This document shows positions 9,762 through 18,786 of a stretch of DNA of 49,332 nt, one piece after another. Position 1 is the first letter of the stretch; each line of letters opens with the position of its first letter. The notes beneath the pieces are model-generated. The model was not told the origin of the DNA and made no database searches. It saw only the letters and a program-made list of their open reading frames with translations. The stretch is taken from contig MNYK01000025.1 in the NCBI GenBank assembly GCA_001873115.1, forward strand, positions 1 through 49,332. Direction: 5' to 3'. Source of the DNA: Desulfobacterales bacterium CG2_30_60_27. Its GTDB lineage: Bacteria > Desulfobacterota > Desulfobulbia > Desulfobulbales > CG2-30-60-27. The position numbers and the translations under genes were made by a program.

Positions 9762-11843
9762 TTGCCCGACCGGCACACCCTGACCCTGGCCGGTAAGTGC
9801 GCCAAGGGCGATATCATCACGGTGCGTAACGCCGACAGTGGCGTGGTGCTTGGCCGGACCAGCCGGGCGGCCAGCAGCACCTCCTGGACGCTACGCATTG
9901 CCCGCCTAAGCACGGCCCCCTGCCGGGTTCGCGCCGAGGCGGGCGGTGAGTCCGCGGAAAAGGCGGTGAGCAACGCCCCCGAGGCTTGCCTCAGCCCGCC
10001 GGTTGAACCGCCCACCACGCCGCCCCCGCCCACGGCCGGGTCAGGGTCATATCAGGTGCTGGCCTTCAACGACCTGGGCATGCATTGCTATGATCGCGAC
10101 TTCTCCGTACTTTCCCTGCTGCCCCCCTTCAACGTCATCCACGCCCAAGTGGTCAAGAAGGGCGGCGAGCCGGACCTCCTGAATGACAGCCAGGTGAGCG
10201 TCTCCTACGCGGCCGTAACGGACCAGCAGGGTTCCCGCACCACCACCAGCGTTGGCAAGACCAATTTCTGGGACAATATCTACGGTCTCTTCGGCGTGAC
10301 CCGCGCGGTTGACGTGGGCATCCTGGGCGCCAAGATGCCCGGCGCCGCCAATACCCCGCAACCCATGGGCGCGTATGACCCCCAGAAGGGCTGGTTCACC
10401 GCCGCTGGCATCCCGATCACCGCCATCGACGACCAGGGCCAGACCAATGATTACCCGATGATGCGCATCACGGCCAAGGACAAGACCACCGGCACCGTGC
10501 TCGACTCCACCGATATCGTGCTGCCGGTTTCCGCCGAGATGCACTGCAGCGACTGCCATGCCAGCGGCGGCGTCGCGGCCAACAGCCAGGAAGCGGCCAA
10601 CTACGGCATTGCCGCCTGGAGCATCAAGACGGACAGCGAACAGGCCTATCGCCAGAACATTCTGATCCTGCACGATGCCAAGCACAACACCAACCTCATG
10701 GCCTCGCAGCCGGTGCTGTGCGCCTCCTGCCACTACTCACCGGCCCTCGACCTGGCCGGCGCCGGCCCCCAGGGTAATCAGCTCGGCAAACCCCTGCTCT
10801 CCGCCGTCATCCACGGCCGCCATGGCAAGACCATGGCCGGCAACCTGCCGAATACCAGCAACCCGGCCATTATTCCTGAAAACGGCACCACCTCCTGCTA
10901 TTTCTGCCATCCCGGCAGCACCACCAAGTGTCTGCGCGGCGCCATGGGTAGCGCTGGCCTGACTTGCCAGAACTGCCACGGTGGCCTGCTGGCCGTATCT
11001 GGCGCCCTCGGCGGCAACCGGACCCCCTGGGTGAACGAGCCGACCTGCCAGTCCTGCCATACCGGCGATGCCGTAAGCCACCTGGGCAGCTCGATTCGCG
11101 GCACGGTCACCTATAATCCGGCCGACCCCACCGCGACACCGCTGGTGGCCACCAACAAGCGCTTTGCCGAGGAGAGCAACACCCTGTACCGCAACAGCCG
11201 CGGTCATAGCGGCATTGCCTGCGAAAGCTGCCACGGCAGCACGCACGCCATCTGGCCGTCCCTTGAGCCCAACGACAACGTGGCCGCCACCCAGATCCAG
11301 GGCCACGCCGGAACGATCATCGAGTGCAGCGCCTGCCATGGTACCGGCCTGGCCCTGACTACCGCCGGCCCCCACGGCATGCACAACGTCAATGATAAGG
11401 CCTGGAACAAGGACCACGAGGAGTTCTATAAAAAGGATCCGCTTGCATGCCAGGCATGTCACGGTACCGATCTGCGCGGTACCGTGTTGTCACGGGCCGC
11501 GGCCGCCCGGACGCTGGCTGGTGACGACAACCAGGTCGTGTCAATAGCCAAGGGCACCCGGATCGGTTGCGGCCTCTGCCACGACAATCCGCTCACCGGC
11601 GGCTCCGACCCGGTGCCGACGCCGACGCCGACGCCAACCCCGGCCCCGGGCAGCCCGGACGGCGCCACCCTCTATACCGCCTATTGTGCGTCCTGCCACA
11701 AGGCACTGGCCACCTCCTCCAAACGGGGGGTCGGTTCCAACACCATCCAACAGGCCATCGCGGCCGACAGGGGTGGCATGGGCTCGCTCACCTTTCTGAG
11801 TACGGCCCAGATTGATGCCATTGCCTATGCCCTGTCACATTAG
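9762..11843 (+). CDS. Multiheme cytochrome c (10 CxxCH), probably 5'-truncated
   Basis: CSDCH, CASCH, CYFCH, CQNCH, CQSCH, CESCH, CSACH, CQACH, CGLCH, CASCH; NDLGMHC motif; Pro/Thr linkers; no signal peptide, start uncertain. Confidence 0.88.
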   Translation: MPDRHTLTLAGKCAKGDIITVRNADSGVVLGRTSRAASSTSWTLRIARLSTAPCRVRAEAGGESAEKAVSNAPEACLSPPVEPPTTPPPPTAGSGSYQVLAFNDLGMHCYDRDFSVLSLLPPFNVIHAQVVKKGGEPDLLNDSQVSVSYAAVTDQQGSRTTTSVGKTNFWDNIYGLFGVTRAVDVGILGAKMPGAANTPQPMGAYDPQKGWFTAAGIPITAIDDQGQTNDYPMMRITAKDKTTGTVLDSTDIVLPVSAEMHCSDCHASGGVAANSQEAANYGIAAWSIKTDSEQAYRQNILILHDAKHNTNLMASQPVLCASCHYSPALDLAGAGPQGNQLGKPLLSAVIHGRHGKTMAGNLPNTSNPAIIPENGTTSCYFCHPGSTTKCLRGAMGSAGLTCQNCHGGLLAVSGALGGNRTPWVNEPTCQSCHTGDAVSHLGSSIRGTVTYNPADPTATPLVATNKRFAEESNTLYRNSRGHSGIACESCHGSTHAIWPSLEPNDNVAATQIQGHAGTIIECSACHGTGLALTTAGPHGMHNVNDKAWNKDHEEFYKKDPLACQACHGTDLRGTVLSRAAAARTLAGDDNQVVSIAKGTRIGCGLCHDNPLTGGSDPVPTPTPTPTPAPGSPDGATLYTAYCASCHKALATSSKRGVGSNTIQQAIAADRGGMGSLTFLSTAQIDAIAYALSH

Positions 11844-11877
11844 ATAAATTGGACAACAGGCTGCCCAGTCGGGCGCC

Positions 11878-11909
11878 AGGGGGGAAGACGCAAGTCTTCC
11901 CCCCTTTTT
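11878..11909 (+). terminator. Intrinsic terminator
   Basis: AGGGGGGAAGAC-GCAA-GTCTTCCCCCCT perfect stem with GNRA loop and T tract. Confidence 0.9.
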
Positions 11910-12011
11910 ATTGGCAACCAGGCCGGCGCAAGGTTCTCAAGAAAGCCCTCCTCTTTTGCAAGCCGATTCTTTACAATGGGATGGGGTCAAGAGATGAGCA
12001 GGGAAAAAACC

Positions 12012-12803
12012 ATGACAAGCTGGCGGAAGACCATGCGGCTCTGGCCGCTGCTCCTGCTCTGCGGCCTGGGGCCGGCCTGCTGCCTGGCGGCGGACGCGGG
12101 CCTGCCCTTTGCCCCGGGCGAAAAACTCACCTTCCAGCTCAGGTGGGGACTGATCCCGGCCGGCAGCACCACCCTCATGGTGGCGCCTACCGAGAAAATG
12201 GACGGCGCCATGGCTCAGCACCTGGTGATGACCGCCGAGACCAATGCCTTTGTGGACGTGTTCTACAAGGTGCGGGACCGGATCGACTCCTATACCAGCG
12301 CCGATGTCAGCTATACCCTGCTGTACCGCAACCGCCAGCGGGAAGGCCACTCCAAGCGCAACGTCGTGGTCAATTTCGACTGGACCAGGATGCAGGCTGT
12401 CTTCAGCAACTTCGATGAAAAGAACGAGCCCATCGCCATTCCCCCGGGTACCCTGGATCCGCTGGCCTCGTTCTATTACGTGCGCACCCTGGTGCTGCTA
12501 CCGGGCAAGGTACTTTACCGCCCCTTGACCGACGGCAAAAAAGCGGTGATCAGCCAGGTGCGGGTTCTGGCCGAGGAGGAGGTCACGGTGCCGGCCGGCA
12601 CCTTCCAAACCATCCGCTTTGAGCCGGACCTGTCCGAGGCCGGCGGGGTGTTTGAAAAGAGCAAAGATGCCGGGATGACCGTCTGGGTGACCGCCGACCG
12701 CCGTCACATCCCGGTGAAGATCACCAGCAAGGTGGTGGTCGGCCATTTCACCGGTGAACTGCTAAGCATGGAAGGGGTTCAGGAACTCCCGGCCGCCCCG
12801 TAA
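12012..12803 (+). CDS. DUF3108-family exported protein
   Basis: Signal peptide then PFAPGEKLTFQLRWG, VTVPAGTF, VWVTADRRHIPVKI; alternative starts 11976/11994. Confidence 0.8.
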   Translation: MTSWRKTMRLWPLLLLCGLGPACCLAADAGLPFAPGEKLTFQLRWGLIPAGSTTLMVAPTEKMDGAMAQHLVMTAETNAFVDVFYKVRDRIDSYTSADVSYTLLYRNRQREGHSKRNVVVNFDWTRMQAVFSNFDEKNEPIAIPPGTLDPLASFYYVRTLVLLPGKVLYRPLTDGKKAVISQVRVLAEEEVTVPAGTFQTIRFEPDLSEAGGVFEKSKDAGMTVWVTADRRHIPVKITSKVVVGHFTGELLSMEGVQELPAAP

Positions 12804-13777
12804 GCCAGCGCGGCCCAAGCCAACTCCTGCCGCACCATTTCCCGGAGCTCCAAGGGCGCCAACACCCGGGCCCCGGCCCCCCAGGAGAGCACCCAGCGCA
12901 TCACCTCCCTGAGGTTGGTGGCCGGGAAGCTCAGTTCCGCGCCGCCGTCGGCCATGGCGGTCAAAACCTGTCTGACATGCCACTGCCGTTCGGCCGCGTA
13001 CGGGGCGGTGGGCTTGTCGAAGCGCAGCCGCACCCGAAATTCCTGGTCGCCGCCGAAAATACCGAAGCGATTCTCCAGCAATTTTTCCGCGTCAAAATTC
13101 TTGGGTATGGCAAAGGTGCGCGACTGCATCTCGGCCCGGCGGATGCGCGACAGGGCAAAAGTGCGCTGCGCCTCGCGCAGATGACAGTAGGCCAGCAGAT
13201 ACCATTCACCCCGGTGCCGCACGACATGGAAGGGATCGACGTTACGCACCACCGCCTTGTCCGCCCCTGGTTTCTGATAGAGGATGATCAGACCGCGGTT
13301 CTTGGCAAGGGCCGCGGCCACCGTGTCCCAAATTGCCGGCACGATGCTGGTCTCGGGTTCCTGGGTAACGGACAGCCGGGTGTCCACCCAGGCGGGCTGC
13401 ACCGATACCTTGTCGGGCAGGGAGGACTCGATCTTGCGAAACACCTGGGCCAACTGGCGGTGAATGGGGGTATTCTCATAGTGGGCCAGGGCCTTTTCCG
13501 CGATACAGATGGCGAACAGGTCGCTCTCGTTCAAGGTGATGGCCGGCAGGGCGTAACTCTCCTCGGTATATAGATAGCCATGCCGGGCGCCATCGTAGTC
13601 AATGGGCGCGTCCCGCTGATTCTTGAGAAAGTCGATGTCCCGGAGGATGGTCTTGCTGCTCACCTCGTAGTCGCGGGCCAGGGTGGCGCAGTTGACCAGC
13701 CGGCCGGCGCGCATCCCCTCGCGGATCCTCCGGTCGATGAAGATATGGCGGAGCAGTTGGTTCTTGTCCTGGGGCAT
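12779..13777 (-). CDS. WYL-domain transcriptional regulator (wHTH-WYL-WCX, PafBC/DriD-like)
   Basis: HTH LARDYEVSSKTILRDIDFL; EWYLLAYCHLREAQRTFALSRI; WCX RWVLSWGAGARVLAP; GGAGG RBS. Confidence 0.93.
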   Translation of the reverse strand: MPQDKNQLLRHIFIDRRIREGMRAGRLVNCATLARDYEVSSKTILRDIDFLKNQRDAPIDYDGARHGYLYTEESYALPAITLNESDLFAICIAEKALAHYENTPIHRQLAQVFRKIESSLPDKVSVQPAWVDTRLSVTQEPETSIVPAIWDTVAAALAKNRGLIILYQKPGADKAVVRNVDPFHVVRHRGEWYLLAYCHLREAQRTFALSRIRRAEMQSRTFAIPKNFDAEKLLENRFGIFGGDQEFRVRLRFDKPTAPYAAERQWHVRQVLTAMADGGAELSFPATNLREVMRWVLSWGAGARVLAPLELREMVRQELAWAALAYGAAGSS

Positions 13778-13805
13778 GACCAGGTCCTCCTTTTTTTATT
13801 TTGGT

Positions 13806-13826
13806 CTAGGACATCATTTGTCCCAG
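13806..13826. promoter_or_regulatory. Candidate WYL operator palindrome CTAGGACA-N5-TGTCCCAG
   Basis: Imperfect inverted repeat (core GGACA-N5-TGTCC, 13809-13823) in the 110-bp divergent spacer. Confidence 0.6.
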
Positions 13827-13887
13827 GTGCCATGATAAAAAGAAGGCAAGAGAAAGGCAACCGCTAACTCATCGCAAGGAGAACATC

Positions 13888-14124
13888 ATGATGCTCGACA
13901 GCACGGATTTTATGGAAGGATTTATCGCCGCCGCCCGCACCTTCGGACTCGATCTGGCCGCCACCCCGGAACGTGTCCTTGTCCACTGCCGGCCCCTGGC
14001 CGCCGAAACCAGCCTCTGGGCAGGCACCCACCTGACCATGGACGATTATCTGGCCATCCCGACCTTTATCCGCCAGGGGCGAGGTGTTCAGGCATGCATA
14101 GCCACCGGATTTATCGATAAATGA
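13888..14124 (+). CDS. Small hypothetical protein with FtsZ C-terminal-peptide-like motif (DDYLAIPTFIRQ)
   Basis: AAGGAG RBS, genome-like codon usage, downstream hairpin, divergent from WYL gene. Confidence 0.7.
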   Translation: MMLDSTDFMEGFIAAARTFGLDLAATPERVLVHCRPLAAETSLWAGTHLTMDDYLAIPTFIRQGRGVQACIATGFIDK

Positions 14125-14259
14125 GCCGGCCGGCCGCGGCTGTGGGGCGGTGCGGCCCCACGGCCCAGCCAGATCATGCGCGGCACCAGGGAATTTTTTG
14201 TTTGACAAACCTTTTAGTTTATAGCAATACTGACCAATCTTAAATTGATAAGTAATAAC

Positions 14260-14454
14260 GTAACTATCCAGCAGAACCGCAACCCAGGGGAGTTCCCGGA
14301 CTGGAAATGCTTTTCGCGGGTTCGTCCGCAACCGGGCGCAGGATGCGCAGGAGGTCGCGGACGCCTCGGAGGCGGGCAGGACGCCCGCCGAGAATGAGCG
14401 AAAAGTATTTTCAGTCCGGGAACGATTGACTGCCGACACAAGCTGAATAGTTAC
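14260..14454 (+). mobile_element. 195-bp MITE-like element with GGA hairpins
   Basis: TIR GTAACTATCCAGC / GCTGAATAGTTAC; flanked by GTAATAAC direct repeat (14252-14259, 14455-14462); near-identical to 38282-38476. Confidence 0.9.
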
Positions 14455-14583
14455 GTAATAACGTGAATTGATAATTCCTCACTCCGCAAATTCCCCAATC
14501 GAAAATTACTGAATCGATAACTGCGTTAGAGGTTCCCCTTTAATCCGGGGACATTGTTGTCAATTTCATCTGGGGGAGACACC

Positions 14584-17409
14584 ATGGAGAAGGCGGCACG
14601 GCAATTGCTTGCGCTTGGCACCGCGTGTATGATCGGACTTACGACTACGCTAACCGGCTGTAGTAGTGGGGGCGGTGGCGATGTGGCGGCAACGTCCAGC
14701 GACACCAATGCCAACGGCGAGGTTCTCTCGAGCCTGTCCACCGGTTTTACACTGCCGGCCGAGCTTTCGGCCGTACCCGCCTCCAGCGTGCAAGGCGCCG
14801 GGGTGGCAAGCGCGGACAAAATCACCAAAACCGTTTCCTTTGCCGCCGCGCTCAGGCGCGTGGCCTCGGCGGCGGCGGACCTGCCCTCGACCTCTGATTA
14901 TGCCCAGACCACGGGCGCTAAATACGTTGAAGAGCCGGCCCTCGACCGCTTTGCGATTATCGAGCAGGTCTTGAAGGCGGTCGGTCAGACCAGGTATGCC
15001 GACGCCGCCAACATCAACAACGGTCCCTACAAGGCCATGATTGCCTGGGCCGATGAAAAAAATGGCGTGCAGGTCAAGACCCTGGAGCCCTGGGTCGTCG
15101 ACTCCCGCATGATCGTCATCGACGGCCAGGACGTCAACCGCGTCCTCGCCTGGATCGAGGAGTCCGACTCCGAGGCCCCGGACGGCATCAGCCTGGTCAA
15201 GGCGGAATTCAAGATCTACCAGGCCGCCACCCTGGACGTGGACGGTAAAATTCTCGATTACGGCAAGTGGGAGTTGAACGTCAAGTTCTCCGAGGACGGC
15301 ACCGACTTCTTCGTGGCCACCTGCGAGCCGAATCCGGATGGCGGTTCCATCATCAAGGTGAACGAGCACGAGGAGATGGGCAACGGCACCGAGGGCATGA
15401 AGGGCGTGCTCTACCGGGCCGGGACCACTGGCTACGGCAAGGTGCAGTATACCGACTGGGAAGGGGTTGACTGGCAGTCCTGCGGCGAAAACTGCACGCC
15501 GGAGACGCCCACCGCCCAATACGCCTATAATGAAAACTATCTGGGCAGCCAAAAAACCGGGGCTGATCCGGTCTACAAGGACCGCAACAACAGCTATGAG
15601 ATGACCCATAACTACGGGTTGTTCTATGACGAGAATCCGCCCGACGGCGTTACGGCCGGCGATGACGTGAAAAAGCACAACCAGTTCGGTTTCCCGTTGA
15701 CCTATACCAATACCGACGGCCACAAGAGCTTTGCCTATTACGGCGCCTGGCAGGGCCGCCATCAGATCTGGGCGGGCGGCGGCGACGGCCAGGGCGTGCC
15801 GGCCGGCACCACGGTAACCAAGGAGGCCTGGGGCGCCGGGGTTCCCGAGACCTTCACCGTGGCCGACAGCCTGCAGGGCACCTTCACCAAGCGGACCTAT
15901 GTGGACGCCAGCCTGGCCGACATCGTCAACGTGCCGGTCGAGACCTGGCTCAACAAAAACTTTGCCCTGTTCTACAACGACAGCAACAATTGGCAACAGT
16001 GTGAAAACGGCTGGGTTGAGATGGTTCCGCCGAATCCGCCTGAACCGCCGAGTCCGCCGATCTGCCGTGATCATAATGGCGAGGTAAAGGAGTTTACCCC
16101 CTACACCCCGGGCCCGGAACTCATCGTCTCCCTGGAAGACCGCAAGAATGTCAACATCGACCAGTGGGACAACGAGACGCACATGCAAAAGAGGTATGTC
16201 TATCTGAACGATGCTGCTGCGCCCAGCGGGGAAGGTTTCGGGGAAGGTTTCTATGAGGCCATGCAAGGGCAGAACGGCAAGATGGTGGCCGCTGAGCCGG
16301 CCGTTAAATACAGCCCCGCACCGGGCGACCAGCTTAATATCAACATGGGCGGCTCCATCTACATCGCCTATACCGGTCAGTTCGCCGGGACCACCGGCTG
16401 GGTGCAGAAGGAGCTGACCAGCTTCGACAACCAGAACTGGCGGCCCGTTTTCGGGACCAACGATACCCCCTTCACCCCGGAGCTGGGCCGGGAATATTAC
16501 ATGAACAGCAACGGCGTAAACTATGTGGTCAAGCGTAAGGCCATAGACAACGTGGCCAACTCCTACGACGTGTTGCTGGAGGTGCAGACCACGGCCAACC
16601 CGGCCAACTGCACCGCTAGCGACTGCTCAAAAATCCTGCCCGCCGCGGCCGACTACCTGCGCACCCCCTGGGATATGACCGTGCGCTATGCCCTGGTGAC
16701 CGATGCCGCTGACCCGAACTACCTGCTGCTCACCTATCTTACCGACGACCCGAACACCCCGACGGTTGAGACGGGAACGGTATACCAACAGGGCGGCTGG
16801 GGGCTGCAGGCCTGGAGCACCAATGCCACCGAGACGACGGATAACGACTATCCCATCGACGCCGACGGCAATCAAGTGGCGGTTGACGACTACGGCATGC
16901 CGACCGGCGGCATCCGCCCGGTGGAATTCAACTGGGAATACTCCGCCTCCGGCGGCTAGGGCGCGCAGCAGTATCTGCTCGATGGTGACGGGAACTACGT
17001 GATTCTCGCCAATCCGATCATGCTGGAGCAGATTACCGTCGCCACCAATGTCCCCGACGTGACCAAGAACCTGCTGCTGCAATTCGACGGCTGGATGCAC
17101 GGCCTGCCGGACATGCATGATGCCCTGAAGCAGGCGGATTGGGACATCAGCAACATCTGGGAAAAGATCATCAACATCCCGGCCGGCACCGCGGTTACCG
17201 ATAGCAACGGCATCGGCTACTACATCAAACCGCTGGAAACCAGCATCTTCCTGGCGGTTGTCCCTGCTGACACCGCTGGCCTGCCGGACCTCACCCGGGC
17301 CGACAGCATTAATCTGGACACCGACGTCCCGACCTTCACCGAGCATGGCATGGGCGATAAGCCTGATATCAGCACGGTGAAATATTCCGAGGGCGTGCTG
17401 GTGGAGTAA
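14584..17409 (+). pseudogene. Large putative surface lipoprotein interrupted by one in-frame TAG (16957-16959)
   Basis: GGGGAG RBS, lipobox LTGC; ORFs 14554-16959 and 16999-17409 share a frame with only the TAG between them. Confidence 0.75.
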
Positions 17410-17421
17410 CCGGCAAGCAAA

Positions 17422-17457
17422 CCCAGGCCCGGACGCCGCCAGGCGCCCGGGCCTGGC
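17422..17457. terminator. GC-rich hairpin between convergent genes
   Basis: CCAGGCCCGG...CCGGGCCTGG inverted repeat. Confidence 0.55.
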
Positions 17458-17461
17458 CCCC

Positions 17462-17887
17462 TTAGAACTCCGAGCCGTTCACCTTTTTGCGCAGTTTTTT
17501 CCGCTCGCCGGACTTGACCTTGCCCTCCAACCGGCGGACCCGCGACGCCCGCGTCGGGGCGGTGGGCCGACGCTTCTTCGCCACCACGGTCACGGCGTGC
17601 AGCAGTTCGGACAAGCGCATGAGGGCGTCCTCCCGGTTGCGCTCCTGGCTGCGGAAACGTTGCGCCCGGATAACAATAAAGCCATCCCGACTCACCCGCC
17701 GATCACCAGTTGCCATCAGCCGCGTCTTATAAAATTCCGGCAGCACGGTCGAGGCCATGAAATTGAAACGGAGCTGCACCGCAGTGGCGGAGCGGTTGAC
17801 GTGCTGGCCGCCCGGCCCCTGGGCGGTGACGTATTGAAACTCCAGTTCCTGGTCCGGGATGATTATGGTGCTGGAAATCCACAGCAT
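17462..17887 (-). CDS. arfB: Alternative ribosome-rescue peptidyl-tRNA hydrolase ArfB
   Basis: GPGGQHVN, RSQERNR, basic C-terminal tail. Confidence 0.93.
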   Translation of the reverse strand: MLWISSTIIIPDQELEFQYVTAQGPGGQHVNRSATAVQLRFNFMASTVLPEFYKTRLMATGDRRVSRDGFIVIRAQRFRSQERNREDALMRLSELLHAVTVVAKKRRPTAPTRASRVRRLEGKVKSGERKKLRKKVNGSEF

Positions 17888-17920
17888 GGCACACCTTCGA
17901 GCCGCTAGCGGCTAGCGGCC

Positions 17921-18202
17921 CTATTTATAGAGGCAGAGGTAGGCGGTGTCCACCGTCGCCCGCACCATAAACTTCACATCACGGGCCACGGTGAACGACT
18001 GCCCGGGCCCGAAGCTCTGCCAGCTTGGGTTGCCGGGCAGTTGCGCCTCAAGCTCGCCTGAAACCACAGTCATGATCTCCACGGAGGCGGTGCCGAACTC
18101 ATAGGTCCCCGGGGCCATGACGCCCACGGTGGCCGGGCCGTCCACACTGGCAAAGGCAAGGGATTTCACCTTGCCGTCAAAATATTCGTTGGTCTTGAAC
18201 AT
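17921..18202 (-). CDS. ppnP: Pyrimidine/purine nucleoside phosphorylase (DUF1255)
   Basis: MFKTNEYFDGKVKS, ATVGVMAPG, AYLCLY. Confidence 0.93.
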   Translation of the reverse strand: MFKTNEYFDGKVKSLAFASVDGPATVGVMAPGTYEFGTASVEIMTVVSGELEAQLPGNPSWQSFGPGQSFTVARDVKFMVRATVDTAYLCLYK

Positions 18203-18208
18203 CGCTTT

Positions 18209-18634
18209 TCATCTCCTTAAAGTAGTTGTAAAAAAATCCCTGCGCCCGGCTTGCCGCCGATGCCAATAGACCGCCGCCAGATAGACCGCCCCCGCGCCCA
18301 GCAGGTCGGCCAGGAAATCCCGCCAGTCGGCGGTTCTGGTCCTCGTCAAGGTTCCCTGCAGCACCTCGATCAGCGCCCCCCAAAAAACCGCAAACAGCCA
18401 GCCCCGGAACCAGCCCGGCAACGGTCGCGTGCCAAGGGGCGCAAAAGACCAGCCGGCCAGCAGGGTCACCACGGCAAAGGCGGCGGCGTGCTGCAGTTTA
18501 TCCCAGCCAAAAACCCCGGATACCCTTGGGGGAGATGGCGTAAGCGCCAGCCACAGGACAAGGAGCACCCAGGCAACAAGCAGGACGAACCGCGGGAAAT
18601 GCGCCCGGATTTTTGCAACAATGGCAGACGCCAC
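18209..18634 (-). CDS. VanZ-family membrane protein
   Basis: WDKLQH, IEVLQ, RTADWRDFLAD; hydrophobic. Confidence 0.85.
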   Translation of the reverse strand: MASAIVAKIRAHFPRFVLLVAWVLLVLWLALTPSPPRVSGVFGWDKLQHAAAFAVVTLLAGWSFAPLGTRPLPGWFRGWLFAVFWGALIEVLQGTLTRTRTADWRDFLADLLGAGAVYLAAVYWHRRQAGRRDFFTTTLRR

Positions 18635-18786
18635 AGACCAACCCCCTCTTCATTATTGACGAGATGAAAAACTACAGGATACTAAACGCCACGTCAACAA
18701 AACACCCACCCCTTGCCATCCCCACCCCTGGTATGATAATGTCAGGCAGGTGGCTGGCACCGTGCCGCCAAAGCAAGGAGAGGCCC

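Noticed and set aside
11608-11648. CCGACG hexamer repeat as a contingency locus
   Set aside because: In-frame Pro-Thr linker of the cytochrome
13864-14441. Similar minus-strand ORFs here and at 38131-38566
   Set aside because: Similarity comes from translating the MITE; no transposase motifs
14650-16266. Long antisense ORFs (also 8104-9453, 42705-44075, 46040-47503)
   Set aside because: Shadows of GC-rich genes on the opposite strand
16957-17887. Functional link between the amber codon and neighbouring arfB
   Set aside because: ArfB rescues non-stop ribosomes and does not promote readthrough; arfB belongs to a convergent unit
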